A stretch of DNA of 64,000 nt from Acidimicrobiia bacterium (GCA_029210695.1 JARGFH010000013.1:1-64000), one strand, 5' to 3'. Shown: positions 20,428 through 31,045, counted from the first letter of the stretch. Notes: generated from the letters alone by a model not told the origin. A program made the numbers and translations.

Positions 20428-21438
20428 TCAGCGTTGGACGTCCCGTTTCGATCCGAGCCGATCGAGCCCTCTGACACCGTGGGGCGTGTAGGGAGCCTCG
20501 AGGATCGCTACTTCGTCCTCGGATAGTTCAATGGACAGCGCGGCTACCGCATCGTCGAGATGTCCGAGCTTGGTCGCTCCGACAACCGGCGACGAGACCA
20601 CCGGATTCGCCAGCAACCAGGCCAATGCGATACGCGCCGGAGCCACACCCCGCTCCCCTGCCACCGACTTGACTGCCTCGACGACCTCCCAGTCGGAGGG
20701 CTCGTTGTACCAGAGCTGATCAAACTGATCGCTGGCGGACCGCGCCGTCGAATCGTCTCCCAGTTTCTGGCGAGTGCCCGCCAGCATCCCACGTGCCAAC
20801 GGCGACCACGGCATCACCCCGATCCCCTCTTCGGCACACAACGGGAGCATCTCTCGCTCTTCTTCGCGATACACGAGGTTGTAGTGGTTCTGCATCGAAA
20901 TGAACTTCGCCCACCCATTTCGTTCGGAGACCGACAAAGAGCGCATCAGCTCATAGGCATACATCGAACTGGCGCCGAGGTAGCGGACCTTTCCGTCGCG
21001 GACCAATCCGTCGAGTGCCGCCAGGGTTTCCTCGATCGGCGTGTCGCGATCCAGGCGATGAATCTGATAGAGGTCAATCGTGTCGACACCCAGCCGGCGC
21101 AGACTCGACTCGGCAGCCTGTTGGATGTGTTTGCGGGAGAGTCCACCCTGATTTGGACCATCCGAGTGGGGGAAGTACACCTTGGTGGCGATGACGATCT
21201 CATCGCGATTGGCGAACTCCTTCAGCCAGCGCCCCGTGACCTCTTCGCTGACGCCCGCCGAGTACATGTCGGCGGTGTCGAAGACATTGATCCCGAGTTC
21301 AACAGCTCGCTGGAAGAACGGCCGGGAAGCATCAGCATCGAGCACCCACGGTCGCCAGTTCGGCGTTCCGTAACTCATACATCCGAGTGTCAGGCGGGAT
21401 ACTTGAAGTCCTGAGTTGCCGAGCCGTGTGTATTCCAT
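20428..21438 (-). CDS. Aldo/keto reductase
   Basis: LGCMSYG, FDTADMYS, IATK, DLYQIHR, PWSPLARG. Confidence 0.95.
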   Translation of the reverse strand: MEYTRLGNSGLQVSRLTLGCMSYGTPNWRPWVLDADASRPFFQRAVELGINVFDTADMYSAGVSEEVTGRWLKEFANRDEIVIATKVYFPHSDGPNQGGLSRKHIQQAAESSLRRLGVDTIDLYQIHRLDRDTPIEETLAALDGLVRDGKVRYLGASSMYAYELMRSLSVSERNGWAKFISMQNHYNLVYREEEREMLPLCAEEGIGVMPWSPLARGMLAGTRQKLGDDSTARSASDQFDQLWYNEPSDWEVVEAVKSVAGERGVAPARIALAWLLANPVVSSPVVGATKLGHLDDAVAALSIELSEDEVAILEAPYTPHGVRGLDRLGSKRDVQR

Positions 21439-21505
21439 CGGAGAAGGCTACCGGGTCCGACTGTGCGACAGAGCCGGAACTTCTCTACCTGCGCCTTGTC
21501 TACTA

Positions 21506-23266
21506 CTAGTCGAGCAGGCTCGTCGGAACCTCGATCCGACACGCCCGCAGGTATTCCGCCAAGCCTTTGGCTTGCGCGTCGATTCGCAACGACGAACTCA
21601 CACCTTCCCCGAGGAGTCCGTGGATCACGAAGTTGAGCGACCATAGGTTGGGAAGCAGGTATCGCTCGACGTTGAGATGAGCAAGGTCCGGCATGAGCGA
21701 GCGCAGACGCTCGACGGTCAAGACGTCGGCGATCCAGGCATAGGCCTCGGCCTTCCTCGCAAACACTCCAATGTTGCCGGTCCCGCCCTTGTCTCCGGAT
21801 CGTGCTCCAACGAGCTCACCGAGGGGAACCGTGCGGGTCTCGCCGATTGGCAGCGACGGGATCTGAGTTGAGAGTGGGGCAACGGGCGGCCCCGGCTCGG
21901 GCGTCGTCTCGCGGACTTCGATGATGGTGCCGTCCAGGTCGATCTCCTGGGTGATGGCAGTTCGGTCAACGGTAGTTGGCCAATAGCGGGCGAACTGAGA
22001 GGCGGGAGCAGGTGGTGAGGCGCTGAACATCCCGGGTATCGATCCGAGCAGCACGCTGATGGCTGAGTCCGAGAACGCCCGTCCAACCTTCTCGGGGTCC
22101 GTAGACTTCACGGCTATCCGCCAGAAACTCGTGGCTTCGGCATTTGTTTTCGGGTCACTCGATCCTTGTCCGATTATCGACTCATCGACCTCGTCGTATT
22201 CCTCTTGCTTCCATGGCATCGCCCTCCAGACCTGCTGGGACACCAAGGCGGCCTTTTCTGCCTGGTTCAAGCCGGTGAGCCCGATCATCATGGAATTGCG
22301 GTAGCCGCCGACCACGGAGGCTGCCACCTTCAAGGTGGTCGGTGGAGCTTCGCCTCGGGTGCCAGACAGGCCAACTCGATCAGGAGCGATCTCCTCCAGT
22401 CGGACGGTATCGAACCTGGCGACCACATCCGGTGTCAGGTAGGCAGGCGGGCCGATCTCGTAGAGCAACTGGCTGACGACGGTGCCAATCGAGACACGAC
22501 CACCGGTGCCGTCGTGTTTGCCGATCACCGAACTCCCATCGGCGGCGATCTCGGCCCACGGAAAGGCCGGGTACGCAAGGTCTTCGATCTCGGTGAAGAA
22601 CGAGTAGTTCCCGCCGGTCGCCTGCATGCCGCATTCGATCACGTGCCCGGCCGCCACCGCTCCGGCCAGGCGGTCGTAGTCGTGGCGTTCCCACCCGTGC
22701 CACCAGGCGGCAGGTCCGGAGACCACCGACGCATCTGCGACCCTCCCGGTGACAATGATGTCGGCACCCGCGGCCAACGCTTGCGTGATCCCCCATCCAC
22801 CCATGTAGGCGTTGGCGGTGATGAACCCGTCTTCACTATCGGAGAGCCGTTCTCCCGTCTGAAGATTCACGAACTCCTCTCCCCCACTCTGCAGCTCACC
22901 GAGACGGCCCATGAGATCGTCCCCTGAGATGGCCGCAACGCGTGGTGTGAGGCCCTGATCGGATGCCAGTTGTCTGATGGCCACGGCTGCTCCGCGTGGA
23001 TCGAGGCCGCCGGCGTTGACCACTACCTTGACGCGTCGATCCAGCACCTCTCCGAGTACAGGAGAGAGAGCCTCGACAAACGTACGGGCATATCCACCGT
23101 CCGCTCGCCGGGTCCTGGTCTTGGCGAGGATGAGCATCGTCAACTCGGCGAGGTAATCCCCGCTCAGCACGTCGATCTCGCCCCCTTCGAGCTGATCGCG
23201 AAGTGCGGCGACCCGATCGCCGAAGAACCCTGAGAAGTTGGCGATTCGTATGGGCCGTTTCGACAT
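21506..23266 (-). CDS. Acyclic terpene utilization AtuA family protein
   Basis: GFFGDR, GDYLAELTM, GHVIECG, ARSGDKGG, DAQAKGL. Confidence 0.9.
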   Translation of the reverse strand: MSKRPIRIANFSGFFGDRVAALRDQLEGGEIDVLSGDYLAELTMLILAKTRTRRADGGYARTFVEALSPVLGEVLDRRVKVVVNAGGLDPRGAAVAIRQLASDQGLTPRVAAISGDDLMGRLGELQSGGEEFVNLQTGERLSDSEDGFITANAYMGGWGITQALAAGADIIVTGRVADASVVSGPAAWWHGWERHDYDRLAGAVAAGHVIECGMQATGGNYSFFTEIEDLAYPAFPWAEIAADGSSVIGKHDGTGGRVSIGTVVSQLLYEIGPPAYLTPDVVARFDTVRLEEIAPDRVGLSGTRGEAPPTTLKVAASVVGGYRNSMMIGLTGLNQAEKAALVSQQVWRAMPWKQEEYDEVDESIIGQGSSDPKTNAEATSFWRIAVKSTDPEKVGRAFSDSAISVLLGSIPGMFSASPPAPASQFARYWPTTVDRTAITQEIDLDGTIIEVRETTPEPGPPVAPLSTQIPSLPIGETRTVPLGELVGARSGDKGGTGNIGVFARKAEAYAWIADVLTVERLRSLMPDLAHLNVERYLLPNLWSLNFVIHGLLGEGVSSSLRIDAQAKGLAEYLRACRIEVPTSLLD

Positions 23267-23279
23267 CGGCGAACCTCTC

Positions 23280-24059
23280 CTATTCGTCTTCGAGCGTCAG
23301 CACGAGGGAGCAATCACGATCCGGATGTGGGATCACCCGCATCGGCTGTCGGTACACCTCTGTGAGGATATCGTCCGTCAACACGTCGGCAGGCGCACCG
23401 GCCACCTGCACACGACCACAATCCAGTAGTACGAGTCGATCGGCGTGGGCGGCGGCCAGATTGAGGTCGTGGAGGACCGCGACCACGGCGCTCCCCTGGT
23501 CTGCCGCCGCTCGCATGATGCGCATCACCGACTCTTGATGTCCGATATCGAGGGCTGAGGTTGGCTCGTCGAGCAGCATCACCGGAGTGTCCTGGGCAAG
23601 TACACGGGCCAGGCCAACCCGCTGTCGTTCGCCGGTGGAGAGGCTAGAAATCGGACGGCCGGCGAGATGGGCGACATCGGTACGTTCCATAGCCAGCTCA
23701 ACGATCAGATCATGGTCCTTGAGGTCGATCTGGGCGCGCCGGTAGGGATGCCGACCCATCGCTACCACATCGCGGACGGTGAACGGATTCTCAGATACTC
23801 CCTGTGGGCCGAGAAACGCCCTGAGCTGTGACAGCTCCTGGGCCTTCGTTGAGGCGGTATCCCGATCGTTGATCGTTGCTCGTCCGGAGGTCGGATGCAC
23901 GTCTCCGGCAACGATACGCAACAGAGTGGTCTTGCCCGCCCCGTTTGGTCCGACAATCCCCAGTACCTCTCCGCCGGCGACCACCAGGTTCACGTCGCTC
24001 AGTAGCGTTCTGCCACCGGCCCGATATCCGACGCTCTCTATCGTGATGGTGACGCTCAT
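23280..24059 (-). CDS. Heme/cobalamin ABC transporter ATP-binding protein (HmuV-like)
   Basis: GPNGAGKT, LSTGERQR, LDEPTSALDIGHQ, VLHDLN. Confidence 0.9.
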   Translation of the reverse strand: MSVTITIESVGYRAGGRTLLSDVNLVVAGGEVLGIVGPNGAGKTTLLRIVAGDVHPTSGRATINDRDTASTKAQELSQLRAFLGPQGVSENPFTVRDVVAMGRHPYRRAQIDLKDHDLIVELAMERTDVAHLAGRPISSLSTGERQRVGLARVLAQDTPVMLLDEPTSALDIGHQESVMRIMRAAADQGSAVVAVLHDLNLAAAHADRLVLLDCGRVQVAGAPADVLTDDILTEVYRQPMRVIPHPDRDCSLVLTLEDE

Positions 24060-25093
24060 GCCGCCGATCTCCCTGCTCGCGTGAGAAACCAGAGGAAAAC
24101 CGGCGCACCGACGATGGCTGTGAGCAACCCCACGGGAATCTCGACGGGAGCGGCCACCGTTCGCGCCAGCGTGTCGGCGGCGACGACCATCGCCGCACCT
24201 CCGACCGCTGATAGACCGATCAGCCATCGATGACCGGGGCCGAACCATCGTCTCAGTATGAGTGGTACCACCAAACCAACGAAGCCGATCACTCCGCCGA
24301 GGCCGACCGCGCCGCCGATGCCGATGCCGCAGGCAATCAGCACCGCGCGAACAAAGCGGTCGACGTCGACGCCGAGATGCCGGGCTTCGGTCTCCCCCAA
24401 CGCCAGGAGGTCAAGAGGGCGCGCCAGGATTAGGAGGACAGCCGCGGCTGCGATCATGAACGGCGCGGCGGCAGTCAGCATTGTCCAGGTTGAACCCGAA
24501 AGGCCGCCGAATACCCAGAACGTGAAGGTAGGGACCCTTGGACTGTCCCAAGCGAGAACGATCGCTCCCAGCCAGGCCAGCATGCCGAGTCCCAGGGCCA
24601 GTCCAACCAGGAGAAACTGGGTTGATTCGAGTACTTGCTGGGCGATGCGGCGCATCAGGAGTGCCGCCGCAACCCCACCCACTGCTGCGAGGAACATCAT
24701 CAGGATTGGGCTGCCGCCGGCCGGAGTGAGAGCGATGCCGGCCACCGCGCCGAGTCCAGCAGATGGGGCCAAGCCGACCAGATGCGGGTCGGCCATGTGA
24801 TTGCGGAACGTCCCCTGGAGCGCCGCTCCGGTAGCCCCAAGGCCGGCCCCAACGAAGGCTCCTGCCAGAACTCTCGGGAGCCGTATCGCCCACAACACTG
24901 AGTCGGTGAGTCGCGCAGGCTCATCGAGGAAGCCGAGGTGCACACCGAATGCATGCACAAGGTCGCCGACACCCACAGAAACGGCACCCATGAGCATTCC
25001 GGCGGTCATCAGACCGACCAACGCCACCAGTAGTCCCGCCAGGCCGAGCGAGCGCCGCGTGCGGAGCCTGCCGACCTCGATACGTTCCGTCAC
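24056..25093 (-). CDS. FecCD/HmuU family ABC permease
   Basis: IRLPRV, FRNHMADP, GFVGLVVP, EIPVGLLT. Confidence 0.92.
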   Translation of the reverse strand: MTERIEVGRLRTRRSLGLAGLLVALVGLMTAGMLMGAVSVGVGDLVHAFGVHLGFLDEPARLTDSVLWAIRLPRVLAGAFVGAGLGATGAALQGTFRNHMADPHLVGLAPSAGLGAVAGIALTPAGGSPILMMFLAAVGGVAAALLMRRIAQQVLESTQFLLVGLALGLGMLAWLGAIVLAWDSPRVPTFTFWVFGGLSGSTWTMLTAAAPFMIAAAAVLLILARPLDLLALGETEARHLGVDVDRFVRAVLIACGIGIGGAVGLGGVIGFVGLVVPLILRRWFGPGHRWLIGLSAVGGAAMVVAADTLARTVAAPVEIPVGLLTAIVGAPVFLWFLTRAGRSAA

Positions 25094-26076
25094 GAATCGC
25101 CGAGTTCTCGACGGAGATCCTGGATCAGCAAAGCAAGAGTCCCGGCGATGCGCGGTCCGAACGTGAGGATGTCACCTTCGGGATAGTCGAGGATCCGGCG
25201 ATCCCTTCCTGCCGGTGTCTCCGCGAAACCGGGAATCGCCAGCAGGCCCTCGATGCCACCGAGTGCATCGAGACCTTCGCTGGTGATGATGATGACATCC
25301 GGCGCGGCTGCAACCAGTGCTTCCGGCGTGATGGAGACCGTTCCGACCACTCCTGCCGCGGCGCCGACGTCGACTCCTCCGACGGCTTCGATCAGGGGTT
25401 GGGTTGTCATCTCCGACCCGAACAACAGCATCACGTCGGGACCACGGCTGTACACGAAGGCAAGCCCGGGTGCCGGGTCGAACCCGGGTGCCGTCGACAG
25501 TGCTTCCTCGATATCGGTGCGAACCCGGTCGATGAGGGCCGTCGCTTGGCTGCGGACTCCCAGCACTTCGCCGAGTTGCCCGATCTTCAGGTACAGCCCA
25601 TCGAAGGTGGTCGGCACCTCCAGGATGACCACAGGAACGCCGGCGGATCGGATCTGTTCGATTGTTCCGAGCGGGGACGTCTGCGTGTCGCCGATAACCA
25701 GTGTCGGGTTCTCAGCGAGAACCCCCTCCGCCGTCAAGAACCGTCCAACCCCGACGACCGGCAATCCGACGGCCTCCGGTGGATAGACGGTGGTGACGTC
25801 GGTGGCGACGACCGACGCCCCGAAACCCAGTGCAAATACCATCTCGGTCAGGTCTCCGCTCAGGGTGACAATCCTGCTGGTGTCGTCAACGACTGATTCC
25901 GCCCCATCTGCTCCGACGAAAGCCGGAGGAAGTGCCTCTGTCGTTGTGCTCGAAGCAATAGCCGGCGAAGAGGGTGCAGTACTCGTTGACGAAGGAGTCG
26001 AATCAACCGCACCGCCCGAGCCGCAGGCCGTGGCCAGCAGGGCAATAACAAGCGCAGTCCGCCGGAGCATTGTCAA
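25090..26076 (-). CDS. Heme/B12-type ABC substrate-binding lipoprotein (HmuT-like)
   Basis: Lipobox LATAC; RIVTLSGDLTE, AEGVLAENPT, TFGPR. Confidence 0.88.
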   Translation of the reverse strand: MTMLRRTALVIALLATACGSGGAVDSTPSSTSTAPSSPAIASSTTTEALPPAFVGADGAESVVDDTSRIVTLSGDLTEMVFALGFGASVVATDVTTVYPPEAVGLPVVGVGRFLTAEGVLAENPTLVIGDTQTSPLGTIEQIRSAGVPVVILEVPTTFDGLYLKIGQLGEVLGVRSQATALIDRVRTDIEEALSTAPGFDPAPGLAFVYSRGPDVMLLFGSEMTTQPLIEAVGGVDVGAAAGVVGTVSITPEALVAAAPDVIIITSEGLDALGGIEGLLAIPGFAETPAGRDRRILDYPEGDILTFGPRIAGTLALLIQDLRRELGDS

Positions 26077-26636
26077 CTATCTGGACAACCGACACGGGCG
26101 GACGCCATCAACGTGCAGAATGCTCCTCTCGGCACCTGCCAGCCGGCATCCGTCAGTACCGCTCGCCCGGTTTGGTCCGGGTAGCTCGGGTTGTTGTTGA
26201 AGAGGAGGTCGTACGTGAGGGTGGCGGTGGCGCCGTCGACAACGACCTCGCTCACCGCCACGGTGATGCCGCCCATGGCCTCACCCGTGGTGAGGTATAG
26301 GGCGACGGTGTCCTCGAGTCCAGATGGATCATCGATGTACGGGGCCTTGGTCTCGAAGTCGGACACGCTGTCGAAGGCGATCTCATACGCCAGGACGATT
26401 GCATCAACGTCGGCATCTTCACCCGGCACGATGCCTGCTGCGATGGTGGTTGTCGTCGCCGGCGCAGTCGTCGTAGTGGTCGAAGGCACCGACGTTGTGG
26501 TGGTGACTGCAACCGTGGTGACGGTGGTCGATGGGGAGGCGACGGTCGTGTCCGGGACGGTGTCTGTGGCGGATCCGTCGCCGCAGGCGGCGCTCAGCAG
26601 ACCAACCACCAGTACCAAAACTGTGAACTGTTTCAA
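26073..26636 (-). CDS. Hypothetical lipoprotein with Thr-rich linker and C-terminal domain containing two Cys
   Basis: TTG start after GGAGG; lipobox LSAAC; ends GWQVPRGAFCTLMASARVGCP. Confidence 0.75.
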   Translation of the reverse strand: MKQFTVLVLVVGLLSAACGDGSATDTVPDTTVASPSTTVTTVAVTTTTSVPSTTTTTAPATTTTIAAGIVPGEDADVDAIVLAYEIAFDSVSDFETKAPYIDDPSGLEDTVALYLTTGEAMGGITVAVSEVVVDGATATLTYDLLFNNNPSYPDQTGRAVLTDAGWQVPRGAFCTLMASARVGCPDS

Positions 26637-26781
26637 TGGTTCCTCCGTGTAGAACATGTGATTCTGAGCCTGGAAGAGCTCCGACGGCGAGTCGAAACCA
26701 CGGAACACCGTGCGAGGCGAGCTCAGCGACTCAGCCCCGGCGAGGCTGGCATCCGGCCGGCCCTGATAGTGTCCGCCGTCA

Positions 26782-28029
26782 ATGAATGAAGGGTCCCGCA
26801 AAATCCAACGCACCTACCTGGTGCTGACGCTGCTGGCGACACTGTCGACATCTCTAATCTGGGGAGTCAACACGCTCTTCCTCCTCGACGCCGGTCTCAG
26901 CAACACCGAGGCGTTCACCGCCAATGCGTTCTTCACCGCCGGTCAGGTCCTCTTCGAAATCCCGACCGGCGTCGTTGCCGACACCCGGGGTCGGCGCATG
27001 TCCTACCTGCTCGGCGCCTCGACCCTTCTCCTCTCCACCCTCCTCTACCTGCTGATGTGGCAAACGCGGGCTCCGTTCTGGGGTTGGGCCATCGCCTCCG
27101 CCGCCATCGGACTGGGGTTCACGTTCTTCTCCGGCGCGGTCGAAGCCTGGCTGGTCGATGCACTGAGCTTCAACGACTTCGACGGTGACCTGGAGTCTGT
27201 GTTCGCCAAGGGGCAATCGACGGCGGGTGCCGCAATGCTGGTTGGTTCGGTTGCCGGTGGCTTCGTCGCGCAGGCGACCAACCTGGGGGTTCCGTACATA
27301 CTCCGGGCGATCATGCTGCTGCTCACGCTCCTGGCCGCCTTCGTATTGATGCGAGACGTCGGATTCTCACCCAAGGTTGGCGGAGGCGCTATCACAGAGG
27401 CGAAGCAACTCCTTCGAGCCTCCCTCGACAGCGGGCTCCGCAACCCCCCAATCCGCTGGGTCATGATCGCAGCACCATTCTCGATGGGCGTCGGCGTGTA
27501 CGCGTTCTATGCAATGCAGCCGTATTTGCTCCAGTTGTATGGAGATGAGCAGGCATACGGTATTGCGGGCCTGGCGGCCGCCATCGTGGCGGGTGCCCAG
27601 ATCGTCGGCGGTTTGGTAGTGCCATTCGTTCGCCGGTTGTTCGCCCGGCGGACGCACGCGCTCATCGCCGGTGGAGTGGTCGGTACCTTGGCGCTCCTGC
27701 TCATCGGATGGACCGACAGGTTCTGGATCGCCATCGCTCTCCTCGTGATCTGGGCGCTGGCGGGTTCGGCGACGACGCCGCTACGCCAGGCCTACATCAA
27801 CGGGCTCATCTCGTCAGATCGCCGAGCAACCGTGCTGTCCTTCGATGCACTCATGGGCTCGGGCGGGGGCGTCGTTGCTCAGCCGGTCCTCGGCCGGGTT
27901 GCCGATTCCTGGAGCTATTCGGCCTCCTACGCAGTCGCAGCACTGATGCAGGCCGCCGCCGTCCCATTCCTCATCCTGGCCAGAAAACAACAGGCTGCAT
28001 CCGACCCCATTGAGATCGACCCGGCCTGA
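26782..28029 (+). CDS. MFS transporter
   Basis: About 12 TM segments; FEIPTGVVADTRGRR. Confidence 0.92.
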   Translation: MNEGSRKIQRTYLVLTLLATLSTSLIWGVNTLFLLDAGLSNTEAFTANAFFTAGQVLFEIPTGVVADTRGRRMSYLLGASTLLLSTLLYLLMWQTRAPFWGWAIASAAIGLGFTFFSGAVEAWLVDALSFNDFDGDLESVFAKGQSTAGAAMLVGSVAGGFVAQATNLGVPYILRAIMLLLTLLAAFVLMRDVGFSPKVGGGAITEAKQLLRASLDSGLRNPPIRWVMIAAPFSMGVGVYAFYAMQPYLLQLYGDEQAYGIAGLAAAIVAGAQIVGGLVVPFVRRLFARRTHALIAGGVVGTLALLLIGWTDRFWIAIALLVIWALAGSATTPLRQAYINGLISSDRRATVLSFDALMGSGGGVVAQPVLGRVADSWSYSASYAVAALMQAAAVPFLILARKQQAASDPIEIDPA

Positions 28030-28030
28030 G

Positions 28031-29002
28031 TCAGGGCTCTGCACTGAGGCGTCCTCTCGTAATCGCGGCCCAGGTTCCGAGCCCGACGCCCGCCGGGATC
28101 CAGTAGTCGAGGACCCGGTAGATAAGGACTGGGGCCACCACAGTCCCGGCCGCGAATCCGTATGCGGTCAGAACGCCGATCAATCCGCCTTCGACGATGA
28201 CGAGTCCGCCGGGCAGCGCCGGTAGGCCCCCGACGATGGCCGAAATCCCGTAGGTCACCATCGTCTCGCTTGGCGTGAGATGAATGCCGAGCGCCTGGAG
28301 AGACCCCCACAGAACGGCCGCTTCGGCAGAGATGCGTACGACTACGAGAACGACCTCACTGCCGAGAAGGCGCCCACCGCGTGAGGTCGCCGCGAAATGC
28401 TTCCGGATGATGTTCGGCAGGCGATCGATGATCTGGCCCAACCACGGGCTGCCTCCGAGAATGCCGAGCCCGACCATGAGGAGTAGGAATCCGAGCATCA
28501 GCTCACCGGCGAAAAGGAGCGGATGCCGACCGGTGGAAGCTCCCCAGAGGACGGCTCCTCCGGTCATGGTCAGGAGGCCACCGTAGGTCAGCAACGTTAC
28601 GCGCAAGGCCACGCCTGCCATCTGATCGTCCTCAGAGCGAACCGCCCACGCCATGGTGGTCGGAGTCAGGGTTCCGCCTGCTGGTACGAGGCGAGCAACG
28701 GCCGATCCGGTCAGGGCGGCTTTGATTGCTCCGGCCCGGCTAACGGGGTGCCCGACGCGCATCGATCCAACGCGAAAGAGCTCTGCAAACACGAACTTGG
28801 CGATCAACTCGGATCCGAGGGCGGCGAGCAACAATCCTGCTCCGCGCCATCCGATAGCAGGGAGTTCCCATCGTCGTGCCGCTAAGACCAGTGCAACGAC
28901 GTACGCAACGAAGACGGCAATGACGACCGCCAACGTCAACCAGGGTGGGCGGCTCGAGGGTCGCTCGTTCTTCGCGTGATCATGCTGGTTGGAGTCAGAC
29001 AT
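28031..29002 (-). CDS. Lysylphosphatidylglycerol synthase-like transmembrane (flippase-like) protein
   Basis: PGGLVIVEG, VLIYRVLDYWIP. Confidence 0.8.
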   Translation of the reverse strand: MSDSNQHDHAKNERPSSRPPWLTLAVVIAVFVAYVVALVLAARRWELPAIGWRGAGLLLAALGSELIAKFVFAELFRVGSMRVGHPVSRAGAIKAALTGSAVARLVPAGGTLTPTTMAWAVRSEDDQMAGVALRVTLLTYGGLLTMTGGAVLWGASTGRHPLLFAGELMLGFLLLMVGLGILGGSPWLGQIIDRLPNIIRKHFAATSRGGRLLGSEVVLVVVRISAEAAVLWGSLQALGIHLTPSETMVTYGISAIVGGLPALPGGLVIVEGGLIGVLTAYGFAAGTVVAPVLIYRVLDYWIPAGVGLGTWAAITRGRLSAEP

Positions 29003-29088
29003 CAGGCACGCTCATTCTCACCGGATTGTCCGCGAGATGTGAAACGGCCGGGCACGGTAGTGTGCGTGGCGCAGCAATGAGGGGACGT

Positions 29089-29793
29089 ATGACCGATCAG
29101 CGTGTCGCGGTGGTTACCGCAGCCGGAAAAGGAATGGGGGCGGCCATCGCCCGCCAACTGCATGCAAACGGATACCGGCTGGCCCTCATGTCGAACTCTG
29201 GTGGGGCTGAGCGACTCGCCGGGACCTTGGACGGGATCGGCACAACCGGATCTGTTACCGAAGAAGCAGACCTGGCTTTGCTCGTTGATAGTGCGATGGC
29301 TGCATATGGGCGGATCGACACGGTCGTCAACAACACCGGTCACCCGGCCAAGGGGCCGATCCTCGATGTCTCCGACGCCGACTGGCATGCTGGACTCGAC
29401 CTGGTACTGCTCAACGTCGTTCGAATGGCCCGGTTGGTGACGCCGATAATGACGGCAAGGGGCGGAGGAAGCTTTGTCAACATCTCGACATTCGCGGCGT
29501 TCGAACCCGACGAAGCCTTCCCCGTGTCGAGCAGCCTACGGGCCGCCCTCGCCGGATTCACCAAGGTGTTCGCCGACCAATACGCCTCTGCCGGGATCCG
29601 GATGAACAACGTATTGCCCGGTTTCATCGACAGCTACCCGGAGTCTGTCGAAAACGTTGCCCGGATTCCAAGCGGCCGTTACGGCACGGTTGTGGAGATC
29701 GCCAAGGCCGTCGCCTTCCTCGCTTCCGATGATGCCGGCTACATCACCGGCCAAAACCTGCGGGTGGACGGGGGTATCACGCGCTCTGTGTGA
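29089..29793 (+). CDS. SDR family oxidoreductase
   Basis: TAAGKGMG, VNNTG, NNVLPG, ITGQNLRVDGG. Confidence 0.92.
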   Translation: MTDQRVAVVTAAGKGMGAAIARQLHANGYRLALMSNSGGAERLAGTLDGIGTTGSVTEEADLALLVDSAMAAYGRIDTVVNNTGHPAKGPILDVSDADWHAGLDLVLLNVVRMARLVTPIMTARGGGSFVNISTFAAFEPDEAFPVSSSLRAALAGFTKVFADQYASAGIRMNNVLPGFIDSYPESVENVARIPSGRYGTVVEIAKAVAFLASDDAGYITGQNLRVDGGITRSV

Positions 29794-29832
29794 CGCAAGA
29801 GCCGCCCAGCCACCCGCACTGCGCGATGCCGA

Positions 29833-30969
29833 TCACAAGATGTGCTTGGCAATGATCTCTTTCATGATCTCCGTCGTCCCCCCACCGATCGAGAGCACCC
29901 GATTGTCACGGTAAAGGCGTTCGACCAGGTATTCGCGCATGTATCCGAACCCGCCGAATATCTGCACCGCCGCGTCTGTGATGAAGTCGCTGGTCTCGGT
30001 AGCAAATAGCTTTGCCATCGAGACCTCCTTGACCTGAACTTCGCCACGGTTCAGTCGGTCGGCCACGCTGTAGGTGTACTGGCGGCTGATTTCGAGCTTC
30101 GTCGCCATGTCAACCAACTTGTGCCGGATCACCTGCCGGGCAGCCAGGGGTTCCCCGAAGGTGTGCCGGGCGGACGCATGATTCAGGCTGGCGGCCAAGG
30201 CGAGTTCGGCCGTGACGTTGGCAACGACGGCCATCTGCAGTCGCTCGACCTGGAAGTTCTCCATGATCAAGCGAAATCCGCCACCGGGTACGCCGATCAG
30301 GTTGGAGGCCGGCACGCGGCACCCATCGAAGAACAGCTCTGCAGTATCAGACGCCCACCATCCCATCTTCTTCAGGGGACCCGAACGGGTGAACCCCGGG
30401 GTGTCCGCCTCGATGACCAGCACGCTGATTCCTCTATGTCCCGGATCGCCGGTCCGTACTGCAACGGTGAACTGGTCGGCCCGCACTCCCGATGTGATGA
30501 AGGTCTTTGCCCCATCGACCACGAACACGTCGCCATCACGCCTGGCCCTCGTCGTGATCCCGGCGACATCCGACCCTCCCCCGGGCTCGGTCACCGCCAG
30601 CGCTGCGATACGCTCACCCGCCAAGGCGCCGGGCAGAAAGCGGGCCTTCTGCTCGGCCGTTCCGTGTTTGACGATCGGGGGGAGAGCGATGTGCAGTGAT
30701 CCAAGCGAAGCACCAAGTCCTCCCGACCCGGCCCTGGCGAGTTCTTCCCATGCCACGACCTGAGCCAGCAGGTCCGCCGGAATGCCGCCGTACTCCTCGG
30801 GATACCCCAGGTTGAGGAGCCCGATTCCGGCGGCCTTGCCGTAGAGGTCGCGGGGAAACACACCGGCCTCTTCCCAATCGTCGACGAAGGGAATGATCTC
30901 CGTTTCGACGAAGTGCCGAAAAGTCTGACGGAGAAGCGTGTGCTCGGGCGAGAAGTAGGTGTCGCTCAC
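29833..30969 (-). CDS. Acyl-CoA dehydrogenase (AtuD-like)
   Basis: AVTEPGGGSD, GAKTFIT, QIFGGFGY, IGGGTTEIM. Confidence 0.93.
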   Translation of the reverse strand: MSDTYFSPEHTLLRQTFRHFVETEIIPFVDDWEEAGVFPRDLYGKAAGIGLLNLGYPEEYGGIPADLLAQVVAWEELARAGSGGLGASLGSLHIALPPIVKHGTAEQKARFLPGALAGERIAALAVTEPGGGSDVAGITTRARRDGDVFVVDGAKTFITSGVRADQFTVAVRTGDPGHRGISVLVIEADTPGFTRSGPLKKMGWWASDTAELFFDGCRVPASNLIGVPGGGFRLIMENFQVERLQMAVVANVTAELALAASLNHASARHTFGEPLAARQVIRHKLVDMATKLEISRQYTYSVADRLNRGEVQVKEVSMAKLFATETSDFITDAAVQIFGGFGYMREYLVERLYRDNRVLSIGGGTTEIMKEIIAKHIL

Positions 30970-31045
30970 GATCGGAGTTTCGCCTCTTGGTGGCACGGCT
31001 GCAACAGGGCGCATCGTTAGTCCGCTCAGGGTGTACCGTGCAGCG

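Noticed and set aside
26640..26780. Canonical cobalamin riboswitch
   Set aside because: No B12 box or GGGAA/GCCACTG elements were found; kept only as an unknown structured leader.
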